The position numbers and the translations under genes were made by a program. The notes under the pieces are model-generated. The model did not search any database and was not told where the DNA came from. It saw only the letters and a program-made list of their open reading frames with translations. A stretch of DNA of 64,000 nt, from NCBI GenBank assembly GCA_029856365.1, contig JAHQWW010000001.1:81548-145547 (forward strand). The letters are read 5' to 3'. This stretch comes from Candidatus Hodarchaeota archaeon. GTDB lineage: Archaea > Asgardarchaeota > Heimdallarchaeia > Hodarchaeales > Hodarchaeaceae. Below, piece after piece: positions 1-9,461 of the stretch (the first letter of the stretch is position 1; each line of letters opens with the position of its first letter).

Positions 1-2
1 AA

Positions 3-209
3 CCCAAACAGAATTATCAATGTTCTTATCCTCCTAACCACCAATTCAGGGCATTTTGTTGGGAATATACTCATGTATTGCATGAATCTTTTGGAAATAG
101 TAATCAATGGGAGATGATTTTTAGTCTTCGAAAACCTAAATATGGTGTGGAAATCTTGAAACAACAAGCAAGATTATTAGGCATCAGTATTGAAATGGAG
201 GCAATTTAA
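3..209 (+). CDS. 3' end of a CDS cut by the window edge (last 68 aa, function unknown)
   Basis: Frame 3 is open from the window edge to TAA at 207-209 (...CSYPPNHQFRAFCWEYTHVLHESFGNSNQWEMIFSLRKPKYGVEILKQQARLLGISIEMEAI*). Composition is protein-like. No family recognised. Confidence 0.4.
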   Translation, partial: PKQNYQCSYPPNHQFRAFCWEYTHVLHESFGNSNQWEMIFSLRKPKYGVEILKQQARLLGISIEMEAI

Positions 210-1404
210 TGTGTCATCTGCTCATAGACTCCTCCTTTGGTATCCTATAATAATCTGTTTATTACTGGGAGCTATGATCCCTAGAAACACCTTTGGTTCC
301 ATAAATCCTACTATTCAATGGAACCTTATAGAAGTAGGAACTGAGAAAGCGTGGAATTATACACAAGGTAACCCCAATATCGTTGTAGCTGTGATCGATA
401 GTGGAATTGATTTTACTCATCAAGATTTAGAGAATCAATCGTGGAGTAACCCTAATGAGATTCCTGGGAATGGAAAGGATGACGATAACAATGGGTATGT
501 TGATGACATTGTTGGATGGGATTTCCGAGATAATGACAATGATCCATCTCCAGGACATGAACATGGGACTTTTGTGGCAGGTTTAATTGCTGCAGATGAT
601 GATAATCAAATAAGTGTGGGTATTGCCCCAAATATTCAGTTAATGTCACTAAGATTTCTCGATGACCTAAATCGCTTTGGAGGAGATGATTGGGATATTT
701 TTGAAGAAGCAATCAGATATGCAACTCAAAATGAAGCAGATATTATACACATGTCTATTCAAGCGTGTGGAGTACCTCCAAATCCATTTTATGAAGCTAT
801 AAAAGATGCTTATGATTTGGGGATTCCTATAGTAAGCGTCACTGGCAATATACCTGCATGCGGAAAAACTTCAGTTCATTACCCGGGAAATTACTCAGAA
901 GTCATTGCTGTTTCTGCAACGAACCAAACCCGGGGTATAGCGACTTTCTCGTGCTATGGAGAACAAAATGAGATTTGTGCGCCTGGCGATAAGGTTTCTT
1001 CTATATACCCTGACACTTGGACACCTCAAACTGGATCAGGAACATCTTTTTCAGCCCCCTTAGTTTCTGGAGCCATAGCTTTAATATTATCTCTAAACGA
1101 CACTTTATCAATTGAAACAATTAGGTCTATACTTCATGAGACAAGTACTGATTTAGGAGCCAGTGGAAAGGATCCTTTTTTCGGATATGGGTTACTTAAC
1201 GTATCTGCAGCGCTTGAAAAGGTTGTGATTGAGTATAATAATGGGAGAATTCCAAATGTCTCCAATGAAACAATGTCTTCGACATCATCGGCAACAACTA
1301 CATCCTCAACTGTTAATGGGTCAACACTCAATATTATTATTGGGATTCTTACTCTAACAATTCTTTTTCAGAAGAGAAAATTGAAAAAATTGAGGAAAAG
1401 ATAG
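190..1404 (+). CDS. Secreted subtilisin-like serine protease (peptidase S8) with C-terminal membrane anchor
   Basis: Asp/His/Ser triad motifs VAVIDSGID, HGTFVAGLIA and GTSFSAPLVSGAIAL. N-terminal hydrophobic signal/TM. Ser/Thr-rich linker, then a TM helix and a KRKLKKLRKR tail. TTG start, so the exact start is uncertain. Confidence 0.9.
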   Translation: MKWRQFNVSSAHRLLLWYPIIICLLLGAMIPRNTFGSINPTIQWNLIEVGTEKAWNYTQGNPNIVVAVIDSGIDFTHQDLENQSWSNPNEIPGNGKDDDNNGYVDDIVGWDFRDNDNDPSPGHEHGTFVAGLIAADDDNQISVGIAPNIQLMSLRFLDDLNRFGGDDWDIFEEAIRYATQNEADIIHMSIQACGVPPNPFYEAIKDAYDLGIPIVSVTGNIPACGKTSVHYPGNYSEVIAVSATNQTRGIATFSCYGEQNEICAPGDKVSSIYPDTWTPQTGSGTSFSAPLVSGAIALILSLNDTLSIETIRSILHETSTDLGASGKDPFFGYGLLNVSAALEKVVIEYNNGRIPNVSNETMSSTSSATTTSSTVNGSTLNIIIGILTLTILFQKRKLKKLRKR

Positions 1405-1452
1405 ATTAACTAAAAACTAGTTATCTTAAAAATTCTATATGCAAATACTGTG

Positions 1453-3615
1453 TCAGTTTGATCTCAGAGTTTTATCCCTTTGTTTTAATGTACCAAAAGT
1501 TTTATCAAGAAGAACATAAATTTCACTGAGGAGTTTTTTTTCTACTTTTTCTGATAAATATATGCTTTGGATGATTGCTAGGTCAAGAGCTTTTCTTTGG
1601 GGTAATTGTAATTGTTCGGGAATTGGGGGTAGGTTTAACTTTCTCATTGTATCAAATTCTTCAAATATTTGGTTTCTTTGTGATGTTAAAATCTTTGAAG
1701 CATCAAGAAATAAAGGTTCTTTCATGTAATCAATAATTTGAAGTCTTCCGTAAGAACCCCCAATTTCACGTCGACTTAATAGATAGAGAATAATAAAAAA
1801 AGTTGAATTCAACCATGCAGCAAGTAATTTTGCTTGATCAGGAGAGCTATTTCGGAGTACATAGAAATTTTTTGAACAGATTAATTTTGACTCAAAGAAA
1901 TGTCCCATAACACTTGTTGTAGAGATCCCAAATTTGTCAATGAAGAACATTTGTCCCCAGGGTTTTTTTGTTTTTATTTGGTTATGAATGTGAGATATCC
2001 ATTCTGATCCAAATTTCCGTTTGGCTGGTGAAGCAAAATGCTTTGAGGTACTTATATAATCTTCTAACCATTTTGGAAATTCTTTGCAGGAATCGGGGAT
2101 TGATAATGCAAAATCTGACACACCAGGTGATATACATCGGTTATATTTTCCCGCTTTTCTTAAAGATCGAACTAAGAATTCTTTTGGAATAGTAAGAGTT
2201 CTGTCTTTAGACCTTAAGATGATTTTTTCCTTTTCTTCTGAAATAATCCTCCAATTTTGATTTGGGATAAAAAAGAAGTTTGGACCATACATTTCAACTC
2301 CCCGAGTAATATCTAAGTTTAGATCTGATCCATTCTTAAGAAGACCTGACTGGAGAAAAATGTCACGGATTCTTAGAAGCTTAGGATCTTTCAGAAATAT
2401 TGTCCAATTCCATTCGTTGATAAGAATTTCCTCTGGAATCCTTAGAGCTGGGGAAATGTTCCATTGATTACTTTTATATGGCTCTGAAATGCGGATAAAT
2501 TTGACATCTTCCTCCTTCTTAGTTCTTTTACGTTTTGCAATTAGAAATATTTCTCGAAAGCTACTACCCTCAGAACAAGATTTTACATCCTCGGAAGCTG
2601 CAATAATTTCTAATTGATAATTATTAAGAAGTAATTTTTGGATACCACCAGAATATTGGGATAGAATAGTAGCAGCAGGCAGAACGGTTCCCAATACCCC
2701 ATTCTCTTTGATTAACATATCAGTTAATAGGATTGCATAAATGTGAAGTCCTACTTGCCCACTTAGATATTTTTTATATTTACGTTCAAGTTTTAATAAG
2801 CTTTTTCTCTGATCACTATTTATACGGTGTGTACGTGTAAAAGGGGGATTCATTAAAATTAAATCATAATTTTCAAGCTCTTTCGGTTGGCTATTGACAT
2901 CTGATGCAAAGACTGCAAATGTGTCACCAATAGATGCTTGTAATAAACCGTAATCTTGATTTTTTTCCGATAATATTAGTATAATCCGACAATAAGCAAT
3001 AAGAACTGCTGAAGCCATTAGATCATTGATTCTTATGCGTGGAAATCGTGTGTTTGGGGTTAAAATTCTCAGATACGCTGAAACTAACCTTCCTGAGCCA
3101 CAGAAAGGATCTATGATTGATGAAGGAGTGTTTGATTTCAGTAATTCAACAAGAATTCTTGCTGAACTCACCGTAGTATAATTTGCAGCTAGCTTCTTCC
3201 GTTCATCTGAGGATAACGAGTTTTGTAACATTGTCCCCAAAACATCATTAGAGAGAGCTTCGTGTAAATCTGGAAATTTTATTAGTAGAAGTGAATCCAA
3301 AATTAATTTTTCATTCAGGTTATTGAAAAGTTCATCAAGAAAAGTCCAGAGAGAATTTGATTGAGAAAATTTACTTTTTAGATCTTCTAGCTTTTTAAAA
3401 ATCTTGGCTGAAGATTTGAAAGCTTTTTTCTGATTTAAAAATTGTAATAACCATAATCCAGCTAGAAGTGATAATAAAAACTCGTTTTGATTATAGATCA
3501 TTACTGGTGGGTGGTTAAAATTAAAAATGGATTTACAATTTTCCATCCATTCAGAAATTTCAATTATACCCTCATTTTGTGATGTTAATGTTGATTTTCT
3601 TATAAGAGGTGTCAC
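1453..3615 (-). CDS. N6-adenine DNA methyltransferase, gamma-class (Eco57I/HsdM-like) with long C-terminal target-recognition region
   Basis: Motif I IIDPFCGSGRL, then motif IV LILMNPPFTR. An upstream YTT...ARILVELL segment resembles the YTP...iv motif. 720 aa. GTG start. Confidence 0.8.
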   Translation of the reverse strand: MTPLIRKSTLTSQNEGIIEISEWMENCKSIFNFNHPPVMIYNQNEFLLSLLAGLWLLQFLNQKKAFKSSAKIFKKLEDLKSKFSQSNSLWTFLDELFNNLNEKLILDSLLLIKFPDLHEALSNDVLGTMLQNSLSSDERKKLAANYTTVSSARILVELLKSNTPSSIIDPFCGSGRLVSAYLRILTPNTRFPRIRINDLMASAVLIAYCRIILILSEKNQDYGLLQASIGDTFAVFASDVNSQPKELENYDLILMNPPFTRTHRINSDQRKSLLKLERKYKKYLSGQVGLHIYAILLTDMLIKENGVLGTVLPAATILSQYSGGIQKLLLNNYQLEIIAASEDVKSCSEGSSFREIFLIAKRKRTKKEEDVKFIRISEPYKSNQWNISPALRIPEEILINEWNWTIFLKDPKLLRIRDIFLQSGLLKNGSDLNLDITRGVEMYGPNFFFIPNQNWRIISEEKEKIILRSKDRTLTIPKEFLVRSLRKAGKYNRCISPGVSDFALSIPDSCKEFPKWLEDYISTSKHFASPAKRKFGSEWISHIHNQIKTKKPWGQMFFIDKFGISTTSVMGHFFESKLICSKNFYVLRNSSPDQAKLLAAWLNSTFFIILYLLSRREIGGSYGRLQIIDYMKEPLFLDASKILTSQRNQIFEEFDTMRKLNLPPIPEQLQLPQRKALDLAIIQSIYLSEKVEKKLLSEIYVLLDKTFGTLKQRDKTLRSN

Positions 3616-3688
3616 AAAATACCCTTAAGATGATCTTCTTATAATTCTTGAGAAATATAATTTCAGTTTTTACTTTTCACTATTGATA

Positions 3689-5473
3689 TCAACACTTAAG
3701 TAAGCGAGAAATCAGTTCATTGATTTTGGAAATCTTAGAAATATCTTCAAGTTGTCTTTTTTGGATTTCTTGAACTAAAAACTTAATTCTATCATGAATT
3801 TGACGTTCACTTGATGAGTCCCAATTGATAAGACGAAATGGGATGTTCTTTAATGGTTCTTCAGAAAACTCTGCAACTCCACCACGAATGAGACCTTTAT
3901 TTATGATCCAATTAAATATTTCCTTGCTATTTAGAAAAGCAGTGATATATTCGGGTGATTCTTTAACCCAATCAAATTTCACTAAAACAGTAACATCCTG
4001 TGTGGTAAAAATTCCTTGGTCACAGAGAGCAAAGCGTACAAATCCTCGTTTATCAAACCGATCCTTACAAGGAACACAGATTAATGCTTCTGCAGTTTTC
4101 ATAAGATTATAGTTTCTAATGAATACCCATTCCCAATAAGGTATCTCTCTGTTGTATTGATAACGTCTTTCTAATGCATTTCGATAAGGCATAAGCTGTT
4201 CATACAAAGAGGGATATTCTTCTCTTAGGATATCTTCTGATGGAATATCTCCTGGTTTGACAAGAAAATAGTTGGTCAAAAATTCAACATAAAATCTACG
4301 TATAGCTTTTGCCTTAACTACAGGAATAACAAGATTGTTTTCATTTTTAGTAAGTGTTACATTTGGACCCAGTCGAAATGCTTTATCAAGACCACTAACC
4401 ATACCATTCCCTATCTCTACTATATCACCAACTCTCACAAAACGTGGTAGGGGAGAAGTTGGAGGTTTTAAATCCTTGGTTAAGTATTCGGTTAACTGTT
4501 TCATTCTAGGGACAATGAAATAAATTTTATTATCAAATTTCACTTTTTTACAAAAGATTACAGGATAATCTAACATTACAAGATCATCAGCAGAAAAGAG
4601 ATAAGATAAGCGAGTTGTTTCTCCATTAATTTCTAATTTTGGAGAAAATTGACAAGCTTGCTCAAGGCGTGTTAATTTTTCTTCTATATCACAAGGAAGG
4701 AACCACCATGGCATTGAGTTGTAAGGTTGATGGGTCTCAAAAAACTCTAGATTTCCATCTCTTTGAGAAAAAGTTTCCCAAGATGATGATTCTAGAAGAA
4801 GCCAACGGATACGTTCAAGGACATTTGGTTTCAATTTTCCTTTTTGCCAATAATTAATAACTTTCAAGGGTTGATTTTGCTTAGACTTAAGATATTTGAA
4901 AATAACGAGGTTGAGGCTTGCTTTTGGAAAAATTTGTATTTCATGAAAATTAAGAATCAATTCTAGAGAGCCATTTTCTAATAAAAATCGTCTTAATGGC
5001 TCTGCATGTAGCGTCTGCATCCAGAAAATAGGCGTGATAAAGATTAATTCTCCACCAGAGTTTAAATGATCCACACTTTTAAAGATAAAAGGTTGTAATA
5101 TGTCAGTTAAACCATTCATACGTTTTTGCCAGAATGATGCCGAGCTGAAATATTCTCGTTGGACTAGAGAGAGATTTTTCCACCGAATATACGGTGGGTT
5201 TCCAATTACAACCTCAAATTTCTCTGAGTTTGGAAAATCGAAAAAATTCTGGTTATATATTGGAATAGCAGATCGTTTTACTAGAGTTGGATCAATTTCT
5301 ATTCCAGTAAGATTTTGATATCCCATATTGGTTAATATTTTAAGAAATACGCCTTTACCAGCACTAGGTTCAAGAATTTTTCGTGTTTTGAGACCTTTGG
5401 AGATTAAATCAGCCATTAGTTGAGCAATATTAGCTGGTGTAAAATATTGACCCAAAGATTTTTCTTTTGACAC
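3689..5473 (-). CDS. N6-adenine DNA methyltransferase, gamma-class (TaqI/Eco57I-like)
   Basis: LGQYFTPANIAQLM, motif I EPSAGKGVFL, motif IV VIGNPPYIRW. Long C-terminal TRD-like region. GTG start preceded by GAGGT. Confidence 0.85.
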   Translation of the reverse strand: MSKEKSLGQYFTPANIAQLMADLISKGLKTRKILEPSAGKGVFLKILTNMGYQNLTGIEIDPTLVKRSAIPIYNQNFFDFPNSEKFEVVIGNPPYIRWKNLSLVQREYFSSASFWQKRMNGLTDILQPFIFKSVDHLNSGGELIFITPIFWMQTLHAEPLRRFLLENGSLELILNFHEIQIFPKASLNLVIFKYLKSKQNQPLKVINYWQKGKLKPNVLERIRWLLLESSSWETFSQRDGNLEFFETHQPYNSMPWWFLPCDIEEKLTRLEQACQFSPKLEINGETTRLSYLFSADDLVMLDYPVIFCKKVKFDNKIYFIVPRMKQLTEYLTKDLKPPTSPLPRFVRVGDIVEIGNGMVSGLDKAFRLGPNVTLTKNENNLVIPVVKAKAIRRFYVEFLTNYFLVKPGDIPSEDILREEYPSLYEQLMPYRNALERRYQYNREIPYWEWVFIRNYNLMKTAEALICVPCKDRFDKRGFVRFALCDQGIFTTQDVTVLVKFDWVKESPEYITAFLNSKEIFNWIINKGLIRGGVAEFSEEPLKNIPFRLINWDSSSERQIHDRIKFLVQEIQKRQLEDISKISKINELISRLLKC

Positions 5474-5497
5474 TACATAACCTCAGAGCATCAGCGT

Positions 5498-6670
5498 TTA
5501 TCTTCTGCTCTCATATTTTACCTTTGTTATTAAATTACATAGTTCAAACAAATCTGAGTTCAGTGGAATGGTCTTCTTTTGCGTTCCTTCTGCAAGCGGA
5601 ACTGTTTGAATATTCTCTCCACGAAGACAAACCATTAATCCATAACGTTCTTCTAGTACTAGTTGTGCCGCATGGATCCCTAATCGTAATCCAAGAATAC
5701 GATCAAAAGAGCTTGGTGTTCCTGCTCGTATAGTGTGACCAAGAACAACATCACGGACTTCAAATTCAGCGTTACATTCCTGGAAGATATCCTTTAAATC
5801 ATTTCTGAGGTTCAACTCTTCAACAATAACTTTAGATAGATTTAATTTCGAAAGTAATGGATTTCCAAATTCATCTTTCGGAAGTTTGTCAATTTTCACC
5901 TGGGATATTGTTTGAAAGTCTCGTTGTAACGATTCTACGGTAGGTACTGCTCCCTCACTGCAAGCGATAATATGATATTTACATCCCGCTTTAACTCGTT
6001 CTCTTAATACATTTACAATATCTTTATTAAAATCAAAAGGTCTTTCGGGGATTAAAATAATGTCCGCCCCAGTGGAAATTCCACTAACCAGCGTTAACCA
6101 CCCTGCATCACGACCCATAACCTGTACGACGAAAATTCGTTGGTGAGATCGCGCTGTTGTTGTTATGTTATCCATTGTGTTAGATGCTAACTGAATGGCA
6201 GACCAAAACCCAAAAGTATAATCTGTACTTGAAAGATCATTATCTATCGTCTTTGGAACACCTATTACTTTTGCTCCAGCATATTGATGCATTGCTGCTG
6301 CAACACCAAGAGTATCATCACCACCAATTGCAATCAATGCATCAATCCCCATAATATTAAATTGAGAAGCCATCTTTTTTGCCATTTCTTCGATCATTTT
6401 TTGTTTTTTAGCAGGATCTTTTATTTTTTTGGCATTTTTATAAGGATTAGTTCGTGATGTGTAGAGTATAGTACCTCCAATAGTGTGTAAATCGTCTAAT
6501 TTCGATATATCCAATTCTCTAGTAATGTTTTCTAGAAATCCTTTCCACCCCTTCTCGATACCAACAACTTTAGATCCAGCATCCATGGCTTTCAGAAGTA
6601 TTCCATATAACACACTATTTAAGCCTGGGCAATCTCCACCACCTGTTAAAACACCAATAGTTTTCTTCAT
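5498..6670 (-). CDS. pfk: 6-phosphofructokinase, PfkA family, with PPi-type specificity residues
   Basis: IGVLTGGGDCPGLN, IGGDDTLG, VPKTIDNDL and MGRDAGWL motifs. Confidence 0.9.
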   Translation of the reverse strand: MKKTIGVLTGGGDCPGLNSVLYGILLKAMDAGSKVVGIEKGWKGFLENITRELDISKLDDLHTIGGTILYTSRTNPYKNAKKIKDPAKKQKMIEEMAKKMASQFNIMGIDALIAIGGDDTLGVAAAMHQYAGAKVIGVPKTIDNDLSSTDYTFGFWSAIQLASNTMDNITTTARSHQRIFVVQVMGRDAGWLTLVSGISTGADIILIPERPFDFNKDIVNVLRERVKAGCKYHIIACSEGAVPTVESLQRDFQTISQVKIDKLPKDEFGNPLLSKLNLSKVIVEELNLRNDLKDIFQECNAEFEVRDVVLGHTIRAGTPSSFDRILGLRLGIHAAQLVLEERYGLMVCLRGENIQTVPLAEGTQKKTIPLNSDLFELCNLITKVKYESRR

Positions 6671-6819
6671 TATCTTTCACCAGAAATAATTTCTTTGTTA
6701 TTCTGATCACGAAAAATTCAATATCCTCCCACGATTATGGAACATAAAAGAGAACGTCTCACTTAGATTTGAACAGTAAAAGGAGATCATGTTCCCTTTT
6801 ACACTTAAGCTTTAATTAT

Positions 6820-7638
6820 TTAGCGTAACTTACCATAACAGTGGGGACAGAAAAACGCTGAAGCAGGAACTGGCTTCCCACAGAATTTACAGGCTTGTTG
6901 AGCTCCAGCTGCGGGGGTAGCTTTTTTAACGACCTTCTTAGTTTTTTTCGGAGCTGCAGTAGATTTTATTGCCATCTTAGGTTGCTTGGCAGCTCCACCA
7001 CCCCATTGTAAAGTTGGCTCCCCCCCTCCTGGTGCAGGTTTCGCTTTAGGAACTTTTGGCCCACGGGTAGTAATAAAACCCACGATCGTTAAAATTAATC
7101 CAACGATCCCAATGATTAAAGGTAAAATCTGGGCTAAAAGTGTATAGGAGATATCTACTCGACTGGCGACGAGATTAATAGTACTAGCACCGTTGTTTTC
7201 AATTCTAACTATAATATTAAAGACTTGTGATGAATAGCCAGCTGAAAGTGATGTAAAGATTGTAGCCAATACCGGATCTTCTCCATCACCACTATAAAAT
7301 TTGGTAGTACTTGGTATATCAGTTGTATCACCATCAACTTCATGAATAAGGCTTACATTACACTCCCAATCAATGTTAGAATCAAGATAAAATGATGCTT
7401 TTATTTGAACTCCCATAATAGGAATTGGAGTTCTGGGAATACCTTCTACTAAAGCTATCTCGCTTTCTCTATGTGAAATAATAGAATTATTTCGATCTTG
7501 ACTCCCTGTGGTAACATAAAACGGGTAAAGGGACGCTCCAATCGTTGGGAATAGCAATGAAAATAACACAAATAAAAAGCCACCTAGTACTACTACTGCT
7601 ATTCCCGCAACCATAAGTTTCGATGCCATCTTACTCAC
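6820..7638 (-). CDS. Membrane protein: two TM helices, extracytoplasmic domain, Lys/Ala/Pro-rich tail, C-terminal zinc ribbon
   Basis: N-terminal TM (IAVVVLGGFLFVLFSLLF) and a second TM (LLAQILPLIIGIVGLILTIVGFI). C-terminal CKFCGKPVPASAFFCPHCYGKL. No family recognised. Confidence 0.6.
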   Translation of the reverse strand: MSKMASKLMVAGIAVVVLGGFLFVLFSLLFPTIGASLYPFYVTTGSQDRNNSIISHRESEIALVEGIPRTPIPIMGVQIKASFYLDSNIDWECNVSLIHEVDGDTTDIPSTTKFYSGDGEDPVLATIFTSLSAGYSSQVFNIIVRIENNGASTINLVASRVDISYTLLAQILPLIIGIVGLILTIVGFITTRGPKVPKAKPAPGGGEPTLQWGGGAAKQPKMAIKSTAAPKKTKKVVKKATPAAGAQQACKFCGKPVPASAFFCPHCYGKLR

Positions 7639-7654
7639 TCTTTTTTTGTTTTAA

Positions 7655-7672
7655 CACGATTTGATAATCGTG
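7655..7672. promoter_or_regulatory. 7-bp perfect inverted repeat in a divergent intergenic region
   Basis: CACGATT-tgat-AATCGTG, 17 nt upstream of the 7638 start codon, in the spacer shared with the ferredoxin gene. Function unknown. Confidence 0.15.
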
Positions 7673-7797
7673 GATCGCGCTTAATGTATAAACAAGACTC
7701 CGCGCATGTCTTAATAAACTTTCGAATTTTGATAGATTGAAAGAATATGTATTCTAAATTACCTCTTACCATCTGAATAGAGTCATAAGTTTAATAG

Positions 7798-7980
7798 GTG
7801 TTACTAATTATTGAGATAAACCGTCAGAAATGTATGGGTTGCGCATATTGTTCAATAATCTGCCCTGTTACAAGTTTTGAAGTACTTGGAATTTCGACTT
7901 TTTTATATAAATGTATTAAATGTGGTTTATGTATTATGATCTGCCCTGTTTCTGCAATAACCCCCTTATGGGAGGAATAG
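7798..7980 (+). CDS. 2x[4Fe-4S] ferredoxin
   Basis: Two CxxCxxCxxxCP motifs (CMGCAYCSIICP and CIKCGLCIMICP). 60 aa. GTG start. Confidence 0.85.
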   Translation: MLLIIEINRQKCMGCAYCSIICPVTSFEVLGISTFLYKCIKCGLCIMICPVSAITPLWEE

Positions 7981-7983
7981 AAA

Positions 7984-9273
7984 TTGACAGAACGATATGA
8001 CCAGTTCATTGCAGGTGGAGGATTAGGTGGATTGCTATCAGCGGCAATATTAGCACACCAGGGTCGGAAAAGTTATCTAGTCGAAAAATTGCCTTTTTTT
8101 GGTGGAAGATTCACATCAATGAGATATCAAGAGTTTGAAATCCCAACAGGAGCAGTTCATATGATACCACATTCCAGTAACGGGCCTTTGGGGCAGATAC
8201 TCTTGAAGGATTTGAACCTTCCTCTCAAAATCGTCGAAAATGAATATTTTACAGCATGGTATTGGTCTCATCACAAACCAATAATACATCGGAACTTTTG
8301 GGGGATTTTGAAAACACTCCCAAGAATGAATCAACGTTTGTTTATGTTCCGTAAGCTGCTTTCAGATGCACGTCATTCTGACCGTCATTCTGAATCCTTT
8401 CTTGAGTATTTGAAAGCTTGTACTGAAGACTCACAAATTTTTCAGTTTTTTAATGCTCTTATTGGCTTTGCTCTGAGCATTGATATTTCTCAATTATCCG
8501 CAGCTGCGATGTTTCGTGTTTTTAAGCGATTACACCAAAAAGGGCGCCCGGGAGTACCTATAGGTGGCTGCAAAGCGGTTACAACCGCATTAACAGATTA
8601 TATAAGGGGAAAAGGATCAAAACTTCAAAAAAACTGTGAATTGATTAAATTAGAGATGAATGGTTCTCTAATCGAATGTGCAATCTGCAGGAATCGAAAA
8701 ACAAATGAGGAAATTAGTATTCGAGCAAATCATTTCATTCTCAACCTTGGAAATCCCCAAATAAATGAGGTATTAACGAAGAGTAATTTATCTTATCGCT
8801 TACCTCATGTTCCAACTGCACAAGGTGGGGGGTTTGCTTATCGATCCAAGGAATCTACTCTCAGAAATTCTGTTGTAGCATACTTTCCTGAAAATAAATA
8901 TGTAAAAGGAGCAGTAGAACCTACAATATTGTCACCTAATCTTGCACCTCCAGGTGAACATCTCTTATTGACTCATCAGGTGTTCCATTCTACTGATATT
9001 ATCCGTGACACTCGTCGTGCTCGAGATGAGCTATTAGAAACATTCCCCCAACTGAAGGAAGAGGATGAATTATGTATCCATACATTTTATAAAGATTGGC
9101 CAGTGAACTATGCTTGTCAGGGAAGTGACCTTTCTAATTTCTCATCCATAATTCCCAACCTTTTCTTTGTGGGAGACGGTCATAAAGGTAACGATGGTTG
9201 GATGATGACTGAAGGTGTCGCCCACGGTGTGAAGCAAGTGGTTGAGAAAATCAATGAACAGAGGTCTGATTAG
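7984..9273 (+). CDS. FAD/NAD(P)-dependent oxidoreductase (phytoene-desaturase/COG1233-like)
   Basis: N-terminal dinucleotide fold FIAGGGLGGLLSAAILAHQGRKSYLVEK and C-terminal FFVGDG. TTG start 8 nt after GGGAGG. Confidence 0.7.
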   Translation: MTERYDQFIAGGGLGGLLSAAILAHQGRKSYLVEKLPFFGGRFTSMRYQEFEIPTGAVHMIPHSSNGPLGQILLKDLNLPLKIVENEYFTAWYWSHHKPIIHRNFWGILKTLPRMNQRLFMFRKLLSDARHSDRHSESFLEYLKACTEDSQIFQFFNALIGFALSIDISQLSAAAMFRVFKRLHQKGRPGVPIGGCKAVTTALTDYIRGKGSKLQKNCELIKLEMNGSLIECAICRNRKTNEEISIRANHFILNLGNPQINEVLTKSNLSYRLPHVPTAQGGGFAYRSKESTLRNSVVAYFPENKYVKGAVEPTILSPNLAPPGEHLLLTHQVFHSTDIIRDTRRARDELLETFPQLKEEDELCIHTFYKDWPVNYACQGSDLSNFSSIIPNLFFVGDGHKGNDGWMMTEGVAHGVKQVVEKINEQRSD

Positions 9274-9461
9274 GTTTTGCAGCCCAGTTATAATTTTTAC
9301 GATCTTATAGTGATATAGAATACTGTTCATGATTAAAATATACTAGATTTAGATTCATATTATTAATGAGCCATTAATCCAAAAACATTAAATTAAAAGA
9401 AATTATTTTTATAGCGAAAGAAAGATCACTCTTACAATCTAAGTCTTATCGGGGTTTGTAA

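Noticed and set aside
7978-7986. The ferredoxin and the FAD oxidoreductase are in the same frame, separated only by TAG plus one codon (possible read-through fusion)
   Set aside because: The oxidoreductase has its own good initiation context: GGGAGG 8 nt before TTG 7984, with the GxGxxG fold starting at residue ~10. Two separate genes is the parsimonious reading, and same-frame adjacency has a one-in-three chance expectation.
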